A stretch of 64,000 nucleotides of DNA from the NCBI GenBank assembly GCA_035402985.1, contig DAONEH010000001.1, positions 3,123 through 67,122 of the forward strand. Reading direction: 5' to 3'. The notes beneath the pieces were generated by a model. The model had not been told where the DNA came from. It saw only the letters and a program-made list of their open reading frames with translations, and made no database searches. The stretch is from a bacterium (GTDB lineage Bacteria; Patescibacteriota; Patescibacteriia; Patescibacteriales; UBA12465). Below, in pieces: positions 37,320 to 47,518 of the stretch. Both the position numbers and the translations under genes were made by a program. Every line of letters begins with the position of its first letter. The stretch's first letter is position 1.

Positions 37320-37335
37320 ATTTTTATTTATAATT

Positions 37336-38256
37336 TTATTTATAATTTGTAATATATTCTTTTAAAGCCTCTTTCCAGGATCTAAGTGGCGGTAATTTGG
37401 TATTAGCTAAAACTGAATATTTTGGTCGTTTAGCTGGTCGAGGAAAATTTTCTGATAATACCGGCTTTATCTTTATACTAATTTTTTTTAATTTAAACAA
37501 CTCCGAAGCAGCATCATACCAAATAGCTGGTTCACTATTTCTAACATGATAAATACCAAATTCTAAATTATTTTCTAAAATTTCTCTAATTTGTCGAGCT
37601 AAATCAGGTGTATAAGTAAAACAACTTAATTCCTCATTAACCACACTTATTTCTTTTTTCCCAGAAGCCATTTTTAATATTTGATCAAAAAAATTTTCCT
37701 TAGACATTGGCGAGGCTCCTTTAGGTCCAAAAGGTTTAGAAGTTCTAATTATATAATATTTTAATTTTTTATCAACCAATTTTAATACTTCATCTTCTCC
37801 TAACATTTTAGTTTGACCATATTTATTAACCGGACATCTATGAGCCTCTTCGGTAAAACCACCTCTTTCTTTTATTTTTAAAAATTCCTCTTGGCTATCA
37901 TCATTTTTTTGACAAATATCTCCACCAAAAACATAATTACTCGACATCTGAATAAAAATAGATTCAGTAGCTAATGCTGTTTGAGCTAAATATTTAATAG
38001 CTTTAACATTAATTTTATAAGCCATTTCAAATTCTTCTGTTAATTCCTCACATTTATCAACCGAATTATAACCAATGGCATTAATAATAATATCTGGTTT
38101 AATTTTTTTTATCTTAGAAATTATTAAATTAGGTTCTAATAAATTAGATTCCCTGTAATCATAAGCCAAAACTTGATAATTATCTGAATTAGAAAATTCT
38201 TTAACTAATTGGCTCCCTAAATTACCGGTCGAACCTAAAATTAATACTTTTTTCAT
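37336..38256 (-). CDS. rfbD: dTDP-4-dehydrorhamnose reductase (RmlD family)
   Basis: GSTGNLG, Y.SVDKCE, SSNYVF.G, YGQTK..GE, PRPAKRPKYSVL, WKEAL. Confidence 0.88.
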   Translation of the reverse strand: MKKVLILGSTGNLGSQLVKEFSNSDNYQVLAYDYRESNLLEPNLIISKIKKIKPDIIINAIGYNSVDKCEELTEEFEMAYKINVKAIKYLAQTALATESIFIQMSSNYVFGGDICQKNDDSQEEFLKIKERGGFTEEAHRCPVNKYGQTKMLGEDEVLKLVDKKLKYYIIRTSKPFGPKGASPMSKENFFDQILKMASGKKEISVVNEELSCFTYTPDLARQIREILENNLEFGIYHVRNSEPAIWYDAASELFKLKKISIKIKPVLSENFPRPAKRPKYSVLANTKLPPLRSWKEALKEYITNYK

Positions 38257-38285
38257 GGAAAAATCAATAAATTATTACTAAATAT

Positions 38286-38296
38286 ATTATACCATA
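38286..38296 (-). promoter_or_regulatory. Consensus extended -10 (TATGGTATAAT) for rfbD-hisS
   Basis: Perfect TRTGnTATAAT, 29 nt upstream of the ATG. Confidence 0.65.
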
Positions 38297-38406
38297 TTTA
38301 TTGGGATAAATAAAAACATATGTATTAAAATAACTTGCTTTTTAAAAAATAATATGCTTAGATTATATAATAAATTAGTCCTTTTAAAAAACCAAAAAAA
38401 TAAAAC

Positions 38407-39042
38407 ATGAAAAAAAATAAAAAATGGATAATACCAATTATCCTAGCTATAATTACGGTTTTAATATACTCCGTAATTTACGTAATAACAAAAAAAATTC
38501 CAACAACCAATGCCATAAGAATTTTCTCGCCAAACAATGTGTGGTGGGATTGGCCAATCTATTTTTTCCTACCATTCTCCTATTATTGGATTTTTGATGC
38601 CATTTTTATATTTATTTTTTCATTTTTATTGATAAATAAATTTAATGACATTAAAAAAACAAAAAATAGTACTATTCGACTCTTTAAAAAAGAAATTGAT
38701 GTTACTTATAAAGATCAAATCTTTTTAATTTTTACATTTTTTTCTTTTGGAATAATTATTGGTGCTATAAGCTTTTTTTATCTAGGCTTACTAGCCAAAA
38801 TAATTGCTGCTGTAATTTTAGGGATAATAACCGGATTCTTTCTTTATAATAATTCCGGTAATGGTTTTGAACCAAGCCTTATTTCTCTAGCCGGATTATT
38901 TTTTGGCTTAGGTGTTGGTTTGTGCCCACCTAGCAATTTTGGTTTTCCCTTATTATCAGCAATTATATTTTATTATATATTTCTACTTGGTTTTTTAATA
39001 AAAACCTCCGTGCTCTGTAAGTATAATAATAAAAAAACCTAG
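38407..39042 (+). CDS. Hypothetical multi-pass membrane protein
   Basis: 211-aa ORF with ~6 hydrophobic segments and a Gly-rich TM C-terminal half; has its own terminator. Confidence 0.65.
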   Translation: MKKNKKWIIPIILAIITVLIYSVIYVITKKIPTTNAIRIFSPNNVWWDWPIYFFLPFSYYWIFDAIFIFIFSFLLINKFNDIKKTKNSTIRLFKKEIDVTYKDQIFLIFTFFSFGIIIGAISFFYLGLLAKIIAAVILGIITGFFLYNNSGNGFEPSLISLAGLFFGLGVGLCPPSNFGFPLLSAIIFYYIFLLGFLIKTSVLCKYNNKKT

Positions 39043-39065
39043 ATAATCAAAAAACCTAGACAATC
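39032..39065 (+). repeat. 17-bp tandem duplication (1 mismatch)
   Basis: aaaaaacctagataatc / aaaaaacctagacaatc, spanning the stop codon. Confidence 0.8.
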
Positions 39066-39074
39066 AAGAGTTAG

Positions 39075-39103
39075 AAAAGGAAGATAAATATCTTCCTTTT
39101 TTT
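39075..39103 (+). terminator. Intrinsic terminator
   Basis: aaaaggaagat-aaat-atcttcctttt followed by a T-run. Confidence 0.8.
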
Positions 39104-39188
39104 ATTTTATTCAAAAAATATAAATTTTTATTTTATTTTAAAAATACAAGCTTTTTATTTTAAAAATATAACAAAAATATACTAAACC

Positions 39189-39217
39189 TTGATTTATTTT
39201 TATCATTATGATAATAT
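39189..39217 (+). promoter_or_regulatory. Sigma70 promoter for rpmE-prfA-prmC
   Basis: TTGATT-N17-TAATAT with TATG extension. Confidence 0.6.
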
Positions 39218-39301
39218 CAAACTAACCATAAACTTAGATGGTTTTTTATAATTATTGAGGAATATCGTAAAATTTGACGAAATTACCTTAAACAAGCAAA
39301 T

Positions 39302-39574
39302 ATGAAAAAAAATATTCATCCTAAATATAATGACAAAGTAAAAGTCACTTGCGCTTGTGGTTATACTTTTGTTACCGGATCAACTGATCCTGAAATAAAA
39401 ACTGAACTTTGTTCTAATTGTCATCCTTTCTATACTGGTAAACAAAAATTAGTTGATACCGCTAATCGAGTTGGTAAATTTAAGGCTAAATTAGAAAAAA
39501 AAGATGATACTAAAAAGGGAAAAACTGCTAAACGAGTAGCTAAATCAAAAAAACAAATTGAAAAAAATAAATAA
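39302..39574 (+). CDS. rpmE: 50S ribosomal protein L31 (zinc-binding type)
   Basis: [27 protein letters not shown]...RV.KF. Confidence 0.97.
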   Translation: MKKNIHPKYNDKVKVTCACGYTFVTGSTDPEIKTELCSNCHPFYTGKQKLVDTANRVGKFKAKLEKKDDTKKGKTAKRVAKSKKQIEKNK

Positions 39575-39589
39575 CATAAGATAGTATAA

Positions 39590-39617
39590 ATAAAAGCGCC
39601 ATATTTGGTGCTTTTAT
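39590..39617 (+). terminator. Hairpin/partial terminator between rpmE and prfA
   Basis: ataaaagcgcc-atattt-ggtgcttttat. Confidence 0.6.
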
Positions 39618-39642
39618 ATTACCAAAAAACAAAAAAAACATT

Positions 39643-40683
39643 ATGAAAAATATTTCAGAAATAAAAACTAAATTTAAAGAATTAGAAGAACAATTATCTG
39701 ATCCGAAAATAGTTTCTAATCCCACTGAATTTACTAAAATTGCTAAAGAACATTCGGCTTTAAAAAAACTGTATAGTTTAATAGTGGCCATAGAAAAAAT
39801 TAATGAGAATATTTTAGGTAATCAAGAAATTATCAAAAATGAAGCTTCATCAGAACTAGGTCAAATAGCTCAAGAAGAATTAATAGAATTACAAAAAAAT
39901 AAAGAAGAATTAGAAGCTAAATTGAATGAAGAACTTAATCCGGCTAATCCTAATGATAAAAAGAATGTTATTATGGAAATTAGAGCTGGGGCCGGAGGTG
40001 ATGAAGGAGCTTTATTCACTGCTGAATTATTTAGAATGTATGCTCATTATGCTGAAAAAATGGGTTGGAAAACTGAAGTTTTAAATTCTAATGCGACTGG
40101 GGTAGGAGGTTTTAAAGAAATTATTTTTAGTGTTAACGGAGATGGTGTTTATGGCTATTTAAAATATGAAGCTGGTACCCATCGTGTTCAAAGAGTGCCT
40201 GAAACTGAAAAACAAGGACGAATTCACACTTCTACTTCCACTGTTATTGTTTTACCAGAAGCTGAAGAAATTGATTTAAAAATAGATCCGAATGATTTAA
40301 GAATTGATACTTTTTGTTCATCAGGACCAGGCGGACAATGTGTTAATACCACTTATTCCGCTATTAGAATTACTCATCTTCCTACTGGAACAGTAGTAAG
40401 TTGCCAAGATCAAAAATCACAACATCAAAATAAAGAAAAAGCTATGCAAGTACTGAGATCTCGTCTTTTAGCTAAAATTGAAGAAGAAAAAATGGCTAAA
40501 GAAACTTTAGAGAGAAAAGAACAAATTGGTCATGGCGATAGAAGCGATAAAATTAGAACCTATAATTTTCCTCAAGATAGAATTACTGATCATCGCATTA
40601 ATCAATCTTGGCATAATATTACTGAAATAATGAATGGTGAAATCGGAGAAATAATAAAAAGTTTAAAGGAGCAAAAAATATAA
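39643..40683 (+). CDS. prfA: Peptide chain release factor 1
   Basis: [20 protein letters not shown] (PxT motif), [18 protein letters not shown]. Confidence 0.97.
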   Translation: MKNISEIKTKFKELEEQLSDPKIVSNPTEFTKIAKEHSALKKLYSLIVAIEKINENILGNQEIIKNEASSELGQIAQEELIELQKNKEELEAKLNEELNPANPNDKKNVIMEIRAGAGGDEGALFTAELFRMYAHYAEKMGWKTEVLNSNATGVGGFKEIIFSVNGDGVYGYLKYEAGTHRVQRVPETEKQGRIHTSTSTVIVLPEAEEIDLKIDPNDLRIDTFCSSGPGGQCVNTTYSAIRITHLPTGTVVSCQDQKSQHQNKEKAMQVLRSRLLAKIEEEKMAKETLERKEQIGHGDRSDKIRTYNFPQDRITDHRINQSWHNITEIMNGEIGEIIKSLKEQKI

Positions 40684-40687
40684 AAAT

Positions 40688-41569
40688 ATGACCTTAAAAC
40701 AAATTATCTTAGATACCAGTAAAGAATTACAAAAGAAAAAAATTAAAGAACCTTTAAAAGAAGCTGAAGCCCTAATCTCACTTGCTATTAATTTTACTCC
40801 TAGCCAATTAATATTAAATTCTCAAACTGAATTAAACTCCTTCCAAATAAAAAATATAAAGAAAATTTTAAAAAAGAGACTTCAAGCTTGGCCTTTAGCT
40901 TATTTAAGCGGTAAAAAAAATTTCTATAATTTAGAATTTATTGTTAATAAAAATACTTTAATTCCCCGCCCTGAAAGTGAATTAATAATTGATCAAATTC
41001 TAAAAGAAAATTTTTTTAATAAAAAAACTACTATTATTGATATTGGTACTGGTTCAGGTTGTTTAATTATTAGTTTAGCTAATATTTTTCGAACTAATAA
41101 AAATATTTATTTCTATGGCACTGATATTAGCCGACCTGCTTTAAATATTGCTAAAATTAACGCTAAAAAATATCAACTTAATAAAAGAATAATCTTTCTT
41201 AAAGGTGATCTACTGAAACCAATTTTAAAAAAAATAAAGAAAAATCTAAATCATAATCAAATAATTATTATAGCTAATTTACCTTATCTAACTAAAAAAG
41301 AAATAAAGAATTCTCCTAGTATCCAAAAAGAACCATTCAAATCTTTATATGGTGGAAATGATGGTTTAAAATACTATAAACAATTATTAGATCAAATAAA
41401 AGATATAAAAACAAAAGAAAATAATATTATTTTATATCAAGAAATAAATGATTGGCAAAAAGATAAACTAGAATCTCTAATTATGAAAAAAATAGGAATT
41501 TTAAAACCTCAAATTGCCACTCTAAAAGATTTAGCTGGCTATAATCGTTTAACTATTACTAGGTTTTAA
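40688..41569 (+). CDS. prmC: Release factor glutamine methyltransferase
   Basis: PLAYL.G, LIPRPESE, DIGTGSG, ANLPY, EP...L.GG.DGL; follows prfA. Confidence 0.93.
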   Translation: MTLKQIILDTSKELQKKKIKEPLKEAEALISLAINFTPSQLILNSQTELNSFQIKNIKKILKKRLQAWPLAYLSGKKNFYNLEFIVNKNTLIPRPESELIIDQILKENFFNKKTTIIDIGTGSGCLIISLANIFRTNKNIYFYGTDISRPALNIAKINAKKYQLNKRIIFLKGDLLKPILKKIKKNLNHNQIIIIANLPYLTKKEIKNSPSIQKEPFKSLYGGNDGLKYYKQLLDQIKDIKTKENNIILYQEINDWQKDKLESLIMKKIGILKPQIATLKDLAGYNRLTITRF

Positions 41570-41575
41570 ATTAAA

Positions 41576-42694
41576 TTATAAAGAAAAATTTTCAATCTCA
41601 ACTGAAGTTTGATTATCAATTAAGTGAACCCAAGTTTTACCAGAATTTAAAACTACTTCTTCATCATTATCATAATAAAAAACAGTACGAGCATTAGTAT
41701 CTGTTTTTTCAAAATAACCGGACTTACAAAGTCCATCTAAACAAATAATCGCTTCCCCACTACCAACTAAATCTATACTTAAACGTAAAGCTTCGTCTAA
41801 TATTTTAGTATCAACAAATTGAAAAATAATATTATCGGCTGAAATCCTGGTTCCAGTATTATCAGTTTGAGGTGATGAGGCAATGTTTTTTAAATAAACA
41901 TTATTAGCTTGATCATATTCCCAAGTTACATCATATTGATACTGTCCATTCTTTATATCTATTTTCTTATTTAAATTAGATTCATTAATTAAATTAAGAT
42001 CTTTGGTTTTAAATTTCCAGGGGGTAAAATTAGATACACTTAAATTATTATCTTTTAAATATTCTATTATTTTATCATACTTTGCTAAAACATTATGCGG
42101 AGCTTGATAAGATAAGTAACGGCGATAATAAGATGAATTATAAAATTCATTAAGAGTAAGTAAATTATCTTTAGTAATTTTAACTAAAGCTTCCGGACTA
42201 CCACCACAATGCAACAATAAAGCTTGATATTCGTTAACAATAGTTAAAAAATAAGGTCGGACACTACGAATTGGACCTATTTCTAAATCTTTCTCTTCTA
42301 AATTAGAAGTAAAAAAAGCTAAATAACGATCAATACCCCCCTCAGCTGGAACATCATAAATAAGAGATGCTTTTGATAAAGAAAATTGAGGACGAGCTAA
42401 ACTATTATTATCAATAATAGCAGCAATTAAAAACGGATTTTCTTGACCAAGTTTTACAGGTACTCCATCAATTAAACGAAGAGTACAATTTCCATCACAA
42501 GCCAAAATAGAAGACGTAGCTACAAAATTATTATTTAAATTATCACCTTCATCATTAGAATTAGATTTAATAAAAAATATAAAAACTAATAATAAAATTA
42601 TAATTATTCCTATAAAATAAAAAAGTTTTTTATACTTATTAAAAAATTCTTTAGAATTATCTATTTTCTTTTTAGTAAATAATATTGATTTCAT
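41576..42694 (-). CDS. DUF3048 domain membrane-anchored protein
   Basis: IDN...ARPQ..L..A..IYD..AEGGI.R, IGPIRS.R.Y, H.GGS, APHN, G.TW. Confidence 0.85.
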   Translation of the reverse strand: MKSILFTKKKIDNSKEFFNKYKKLFYFIGIIIILLLVFIFFIKSNSNDEGDNLNNNFVATSSILACDGNCTLRLIDGVPVKLGQENPFLIAAIIDNNSLARPQFSLSKASLIYDVPAEGGIDRYLAFFTSNLEEKDLEIGPIRSVRPYFLTIVNEYQALLLHCGGSPEALVKITKDNLLTLNEFYNSSYYRRYLSYQAPHNVLAKYDKIIEYLKDNNLSVSNFTPWKFKTKDLNLINESNLNKKIDIKNGQYQYDVTWEYDQANNVYLKNIASSPQTDNTGTRISADNIIFQFVDTKILDEALRLSIDLVGSGEAIICLDGLCKSGYFEKTDTNARTVFYYDNDEEVVLNSGKTWVHLIDNQTSVEIENFSL

Positions 42695-43908
42695 AAATTA
42701 TTAATTTCTTTTAATGTTTCCTGGGCACATTTACGCCAACTAAAATTACTAACCAAAGATTTACCTCTATTTATTAAATCCATTTTTAAATTATCATCAT
42801 TAACAATCATCACCATTTTTTCAGCTAAATCATTAGGATCAAGATGATCAAAAAATAAAGCTGAATCTTGAGCAATTTCATGAAAAACTTCAATGTTTGA
42901 TAATAATACCGGAGTTTCACAGGCCATCGCTTGAAGGATAGGAATACCAAAACCTTCATAAAATGATGGAAAAATAAAAGCCTCGGCTTTATTAACAATA
43001 TAAGGTAAATCTTCTTCTTCCACCCAACCTAAAATAATTACATCTTTATAAATACCTAATTCTTCAATTAGGTATTTTATTTCATCATAACAAAAACCAG
43101 GATTACCAATTAAAACTAATTTTTTAGATAAATCTTTATTATTCTCTTTAAAAATAGAAAAACTTTCTATTAAACAATGAACATTTTTCTTTTTTTCTAA
43201 ACGACCAATATATAAAAAGAATGATGTATCAATACCATATTTTTTTAAAACATTTTCTAAAGCCTCTTCATCTGTTATTTTTTTATACAAATAATTATTA
43301 TAACCATTATAAATAACTTTTATTTTTTTACCTTTAATTTTTCTATAATACTTTAAAATTTCATTTTTAGTAAAATTAGAAACTGTAATTATTTTTTTAG
43401 CATAACGTAAGGCAAATTTAGTAGACCAATTAAGATAATCGGTAGATTTAAAATTATAACGACCCAAAGAAAACAAACGAATAAAAAAATTAATAATTTT
43501 ATTACGAAGAGAAAAACTATTATTAATAATATTTTCATTATATAAATTATTATTTTCCATAAAAGCAATGTCATGAATAGTATTAATAGTTTTTTTAGGA
43601 GAAAATAAAGGTAAAACATGGGCTGGAACAAAAAGAACATCGGGACGATTAAAAATCATCTCTAGTGTTAAACGACCTAGAGTCCACATATATTTAAAAG
43701 GCCATTTTAAATATTTAATTTTAACATTAGTATGACGACTTAAATCTAAATCAAATAAAAAAGCCTGATTTAAAGGCTTATCGGTATATAAAATATAATT
43801 ATTTTCTAAGTCAATTTCAATTAAATTAATAATTAAATAATAAGAATACCATTCAGTTCCAGTTTTGAAACTGCGGTTAGCTCGTGAAGCATCTATTCCT
43901 ATTATCAT
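42691..43908 (-). CDS. Glycosyltransferase family 4
   Basis: IGIDAS, TGTE.Y, TIHD, YIGRLEKKKN, FPSFYEGFGIPIL.AMAC. Confidence 0.92.
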   Translation of the reverse strand: MIIGIDASRANRSFKTGTEWYSYYLIINLIEIDLENNYILYTDKPLNQAFLFDLDLSRHTNVKIKYLKWPFKYMWTLGRLTLEMIFNRPDVLFVPAHVLPLFSPKKTINTIHDIAFMENNNLYNENIINNSFSLRNKIINFFIRLFSLGRYNFKSTDYLNWSTKFALRYAKKIITVSNFTKNEILKYYRKIKGKKIKVIYNGYNNYLYKKITDEEALENVLKKYGIDTSFFLYIGRLEKKKNVHCLIESFSIFKENNKDLSKKLVLIGNPGFCYDEIKYLIEELGIYKDVIILGWVEEEDLPYIVNKAEAFIFPSFYEGFGIPILQAMACETPVLLSNIEVFHEIAQDSALFFDHLDPNDLAEKMVMIVNDDNLKMDLINRGKSLVSNFSWRKCAQETLKEINNL

Positions 43909-43912
43909 ATTA

Positions 43913-44926
43913 TTATTTAGCTGCCAAAATACTTCGTTTGTAAGAATCTAAATTATCCAGAGCAATTCCCGTTCCTTTAGCTACACATAATAAAGGATCA
44001 TCAGCTATATAAGCCGAAACACCCAAGGCTCGAGCAAATAATTGATCAATATTTCTAAGTAAAGCTGTTCCTCCTGTTAAAACAATTCCTTTATCAATTA
44101 TATCAGCTACTAATTCCGGCGGAGTTTGTTGAAGTATTTTTTTAGCTGTATTTAAAATAATTTCTAATTCTCCCGAAATAGCTGCAGTTACATCATTGCT
44201 ATTAACTTCAATAGTTTTAGGCAGTCCACTAACACCATCACGACCATTTATTTCCATAATTAATTGACTATCATCATCTAAGAATAAAGCTGAACCAACT
44301 TTAATTTTCATTTCTTCAGCGGTTCTCTCTCCAATAACTAAACCATATTTTTTTCTAACATATTCTAAAATAGCCAAATCTAATTTATTACCACCAACTC
44401 GAACCGAAGTCGAAGAAACAACACCTCCTAAAGATATAACCGCCATTTCGGAAGTACCACCGCCAATATCAACTACCATATGGCCCGTAGCTGAACTAAT
44501 AGGTATATTAGCTCCAATAGCAGCGGCAATTGGTTCTTTAACAATATAAGCCGCCTTAGCTCCAGCCGCAATAGTAGCTTCAATTACCGCTCGTCTTTCT
44601 GTTGAAGAAATTCCAGCTGGAACAGCTACCATAACTTCTGGTCTAAATATTCTAACCTTTCCTAATGTTTTATTAATAAAATAACGAATCATTGCTTCAG
44701 TAGTTCGATAATCAGCAATAACTCCCTCTTTTAGAGGTTTTAAGGCTACAATAGTATCAGGAGTACGTCCTAACATATCTTTGGCTTCATTACCAACAGC
44801 TAATACTTTATTATCATCAACCGATACAGCTACAACACTAGGTTCATTAATAACCACACCCCTTTTAGGCATATAAACTAAGGTATAAGTTGTACCTAAA
44901 TCAATTCCTATTCTTTTTACCATCAT
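43913..44926 (-). CDS. mreB: Actin-like rod shape protein MreB/Mbl (second paralog)
   Basis: IGIDLGT, NEPSVVA, EPIAAAIGA, VDIGGGTSE, LTGG.ALL. Confidence 0.92.
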   Translation of the reverse strand: MMVKRIGIDLGTTYTLVYMPKRGVVINEPSVVAVSVDDNKVLAVGNEAKDMLGRTPDTIVALKPLKEGVIADYRTTEAMIRYFINKTLGKVRIFRPEVMVAVPAGISSTERRAVIEATIAAGAKAAYIVKEPIAAAIGANIPISSATGHMVVDIGGGTSEMAVISLGGVVSSTSVRVGGNKLDLAILEYVRKKYGLVIGERTAEEMKIKVGSALFLDDDSQLIMEINGRDGVSGLPKTIEVNSNDVTAAISGELEIILNTAKKILQQTPPELVADIIDKGIVLTGGTALLRNIDQLFARALGVSAYIADDPLLCVAKGTGIALDNLDSYKRSILAAK

Positions 44927-44950
44927 ATATTTAAACTTTAATATAAATAT

Positions 44951-44979
44951 ATATTAACCTGTTATAATTTTTTAGTCAA
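44951..44979 (-). promoter_or_regulatory. Sigma70 promoter for the mreB paralog unit
   Basis: TTGACT-N17-TAATAT, 24 nt upstream of the ATG. Confidence 0.6.
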
Positions 44980-44988
44980 TAAATTATA

Positions 44989-46245
44989 TTAATCCCGTCT
45001 TAAAGCTTCAACTGGATCAAGTTTTCCGGCTTTTCTAGCTGGTAATAAACCAAATAAAACTCCAAATAATAAAGCAAATAAAGTTGCGACAATAAAAGAT
45101 TTAATTGGTACTATAAATTTCCATTCTAAACCAAAATAATTAGCTATTAAATAAATAAAGAAAGAAAAAATAACCCCTAAGATAATACCAATAACAGCTC
45201 CAATAAATGTTATTAAAATTGATTCAATTAAAAATTGTTGCATTATATCAGAAAATTTAGCTCCAACCGCTTTACGTAAACCAATTTCTGGAGTTCTCTC
45301 GGAAACAATAACATACATCACATTTAAAATTCCAACACCACCCACTATTAATGATATAGCTACAATTAATAATAATAAAATAGTTAAAGCATTAGTAATT
45401 GTTTTAGTAGTTGCAAGCATTTCTTTCATAGTTGTCACTCTAAAATCATCTTTGACTGGATCAGAAATATCATGATTTTCTCTTAAAATTTCTCGAATTA
45501 AATCAGCTGTCTCTTCAGATTTTTCTGGATCAACTAATTTATGAACGGAATACATATAATAATCAATTCCCATCATTTTCTTTTGTAAAGTTTTTACTGG
45601 CAATAAAATTAAATCATCAAAGTCAAAACCCATAGTAGCTCCCTTTTCTTTTAATAAGCCAATAACTTGATAACGTCCTCGTTGAATAGTAATACTTTTT
45701 CCAATAGGATTTTCATCACCAAATAATTTTTTAGCAATTTTAGGACCAAGAACTGCTACTTGAGCTAAAGAATCATTTTCAGCTTCAGAAAAAAAATAAC
45801 CTTGATCTATTTCAGATTTATCAATATTTATATAATCAGAACCTACACCCATTATTAATCCCTGTCTAGTTTCATTTAAATAAGTAACGGGAGCTTGATT
45901 AGTTATAGAACCATAACCACCAGAAATATTTTCTAATTTATTAATTTCTTCTAAGTCTTCCTCTTTCAAAGATGTTACCTGAATTCCACTAGCTAAACTA
46001 GTAGCACTCTCGGCATCTCCTTCTCTTCCGGTTTTAGTGCTTGGAACTTTAACTTCTACTTCAATTATATCCGTACCAAAAGATTCAATTTGACCAACAA
46101 TTAAACTTCGAATTCCTTCACCCGCTGAAAAAACAATAATAATACTAGAAATTCCAATCACCATACCTAAAACTGTTAAAGCTGTACGCATTTTGTTCTT
46201 TAACATTGATAAAAATGACAATCTAACAATATCTTTTATTCTCAT
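44989..46245 (-). CDS. ABC transporter permease (MacB/FtsX family)
   Basis: RTALTVLGMVIGI, ISLIVGGVGILNVM...V.ERT.EIGLRKAVGA, PARKA.KLDPVEALR. Confidence 0.93.
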   Translation of the reverse strand: MRIKDIVRLSFLSMLKNKMRTALTVLGMVIGISSIIIVFSAGEGIRSLIVGQIESFGTDIIEVEVKVPSTKTGREGDAESATSLASGIQVTSLKEEDLEEINKLENISGGYGSITNQAPVTYLNETRQGLIMGVGSDYINIDKSEIDQGYFFSEAENDSLAQVAVLGPKIAKKLFGDENPIGKSITIQRGRYQVIGLLKEKGATMGFDFDDLILLPVKTLQKKMMGIDYYMYSVHKLVDPEKSEETADLIREILRENHDISDPVKDDFRVTTMKEMLATTKTITNALTILLLLIVAISLIVGGVGILNVMYVIVSERTPEIGLRKAVGAKFSDIMQQFLIESILITFIGAVIGIILGVIFSFFIYLIANYFGLEWKFIVPIKSFIVATLFALLFGVLFGLLPARKAGKLDPVEALRRD

Positions 46246-46250
46246 AAAAT

Positions 46251-47507
46251 TTATTCATAATTTAAAGCTTCAACCGGCTCTAATTTACTAGCTTTTTTAG
46301 CTGGATAAATTCCAAAAATTAATCCAATTAATCCTGAAACAACAACCGCCATAAATATTGACCAAAAACTAACTATAAAAACCCAATCATAACCTAAGGT
46401 TGTTATAATCACCGATAATAACCAAGAAATCATAATTCCTAAAATAATTCCAATAAAACCACCAATAGAAGTTAAAAAAATAGATTCAATTAAAAATTGA
46501 CTAATAATATTTTTATTAGATGCTCCCAGAGCTTTACGTACACCTATTTCTCTAGTTCTTTCATTAACACTTATAAGCATAATATTCATAATGCCAATAC
46601 CACCAACAATTAAAGATAAGCTAGCCATTAAAGCTAAAAAATATTTTAAAGCATCAGTAACCGAAGAAATTAAATCTAATAATTCTGTTATACTTCTAAC
46701 TGAAAAATCATCACTCGCTCCAGTTTGATCTTTAATATTATGATTATCACGTAAAATATTTTCTACTTCCGAAATAACAGAATCAACTTCAAAAGCTTCA
46801 TTGGTTTTAAAACTAATAACATTAACATAATCTATTCCTACTAAAACTTTTTGCATAGTTTTAATTGGTAATAAAACTTTATCATCATAATTTTGAAAAG
46901 CTACTTGACCCCTTTCTTCAAATACTCCAATTACTTCAAAAACTTGTTTTTTTATTTTTATTCTTTTTCCAATCGCATCACTATCAGAAAATAATTCTTG
47001 TTTAACATTACTACCTAGTATCACTACTTTACTAATATTATTAATTTCTTCTTCGGTAAAAAATCGACCAGCCGATAAATTACCACCCTCAACTTCTAAA
47101 TAATCTTCAGTTACCCCTTCTAAACTAGCATCGTAAGAATTATTTTTGTAAGTTAAAGTTCCGTTGCCATCAACATAAGCTACAGCCGAATCAACTCCAA
47201 TAGCATCTTTGGCTTTTTCAATTGATTTTAAATCATCTAGATTTAATGAAGTTACTACTATTCCTAAAACTGAAGTTGGTGGACCACTTTCATCAGATTT
47301 TCCTGGAGTAATAGAAACAACATTAGATCCAATACTTTGAACTTGACCTAAAATTAAACTTTGAGCTCCAGCTCCCAGTGACATAATTATAATTACTGAA
47401 GCTACGCCAATAACAATACCTAGCATAGTTAAAAAACTCCTAACCTTATTAGTTAGAAGAGCTTTAATAGAAGTTCTAATGGCTTGTTTAAATGATAAAT
47501 AATTCAT
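46251..47507 (-). CDS. ABC transporter permease (MacB/FtsX family)
   Basis: RSFLTMLGIVIGV, GGIGIMNIML.SV.ERTREIG.RKALGA, YPAKKASKLEPVEAL. Confidence 0.93.
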   Translation of the reverse strand: MNYLSFKQAIRTSIKALLTNKVRSFLTMLGIVIGVASVIIIMSLGAGAQSLILGQVQSIGSNVVSITPGKSDESGPPTSVLGIVVTSLNLDDLKSIEKAKDAIGVDSAVAYVDGNGTLTYKNNSYDASLEGVTEDYLEVEGGNLSAGRFFTEEEINNISKVVILGSNVKQELFSDSDAIGKRIKIKKQVFEVIGVFEERGQVAFQNYDDKVLLPIKTMQKVLVGIDYVNVISFKTNEAFEVDSVISEVENILRDNHNIKDQTGASDDFSVRSITELLDLISSVTDALKYFLALMASLSLIVGGIGIMNIMLISVNERTREIGVRKALGASNKNIISQFLIESIFLTSIGGFIGIILGIMISWLLSVIITTLGYDWVFIVSFWSIFMAVVVSGLIGLIFGIYPAKKASKLEPVEALNYE

Positions 47508-47518
47508 GTAATAATAAA

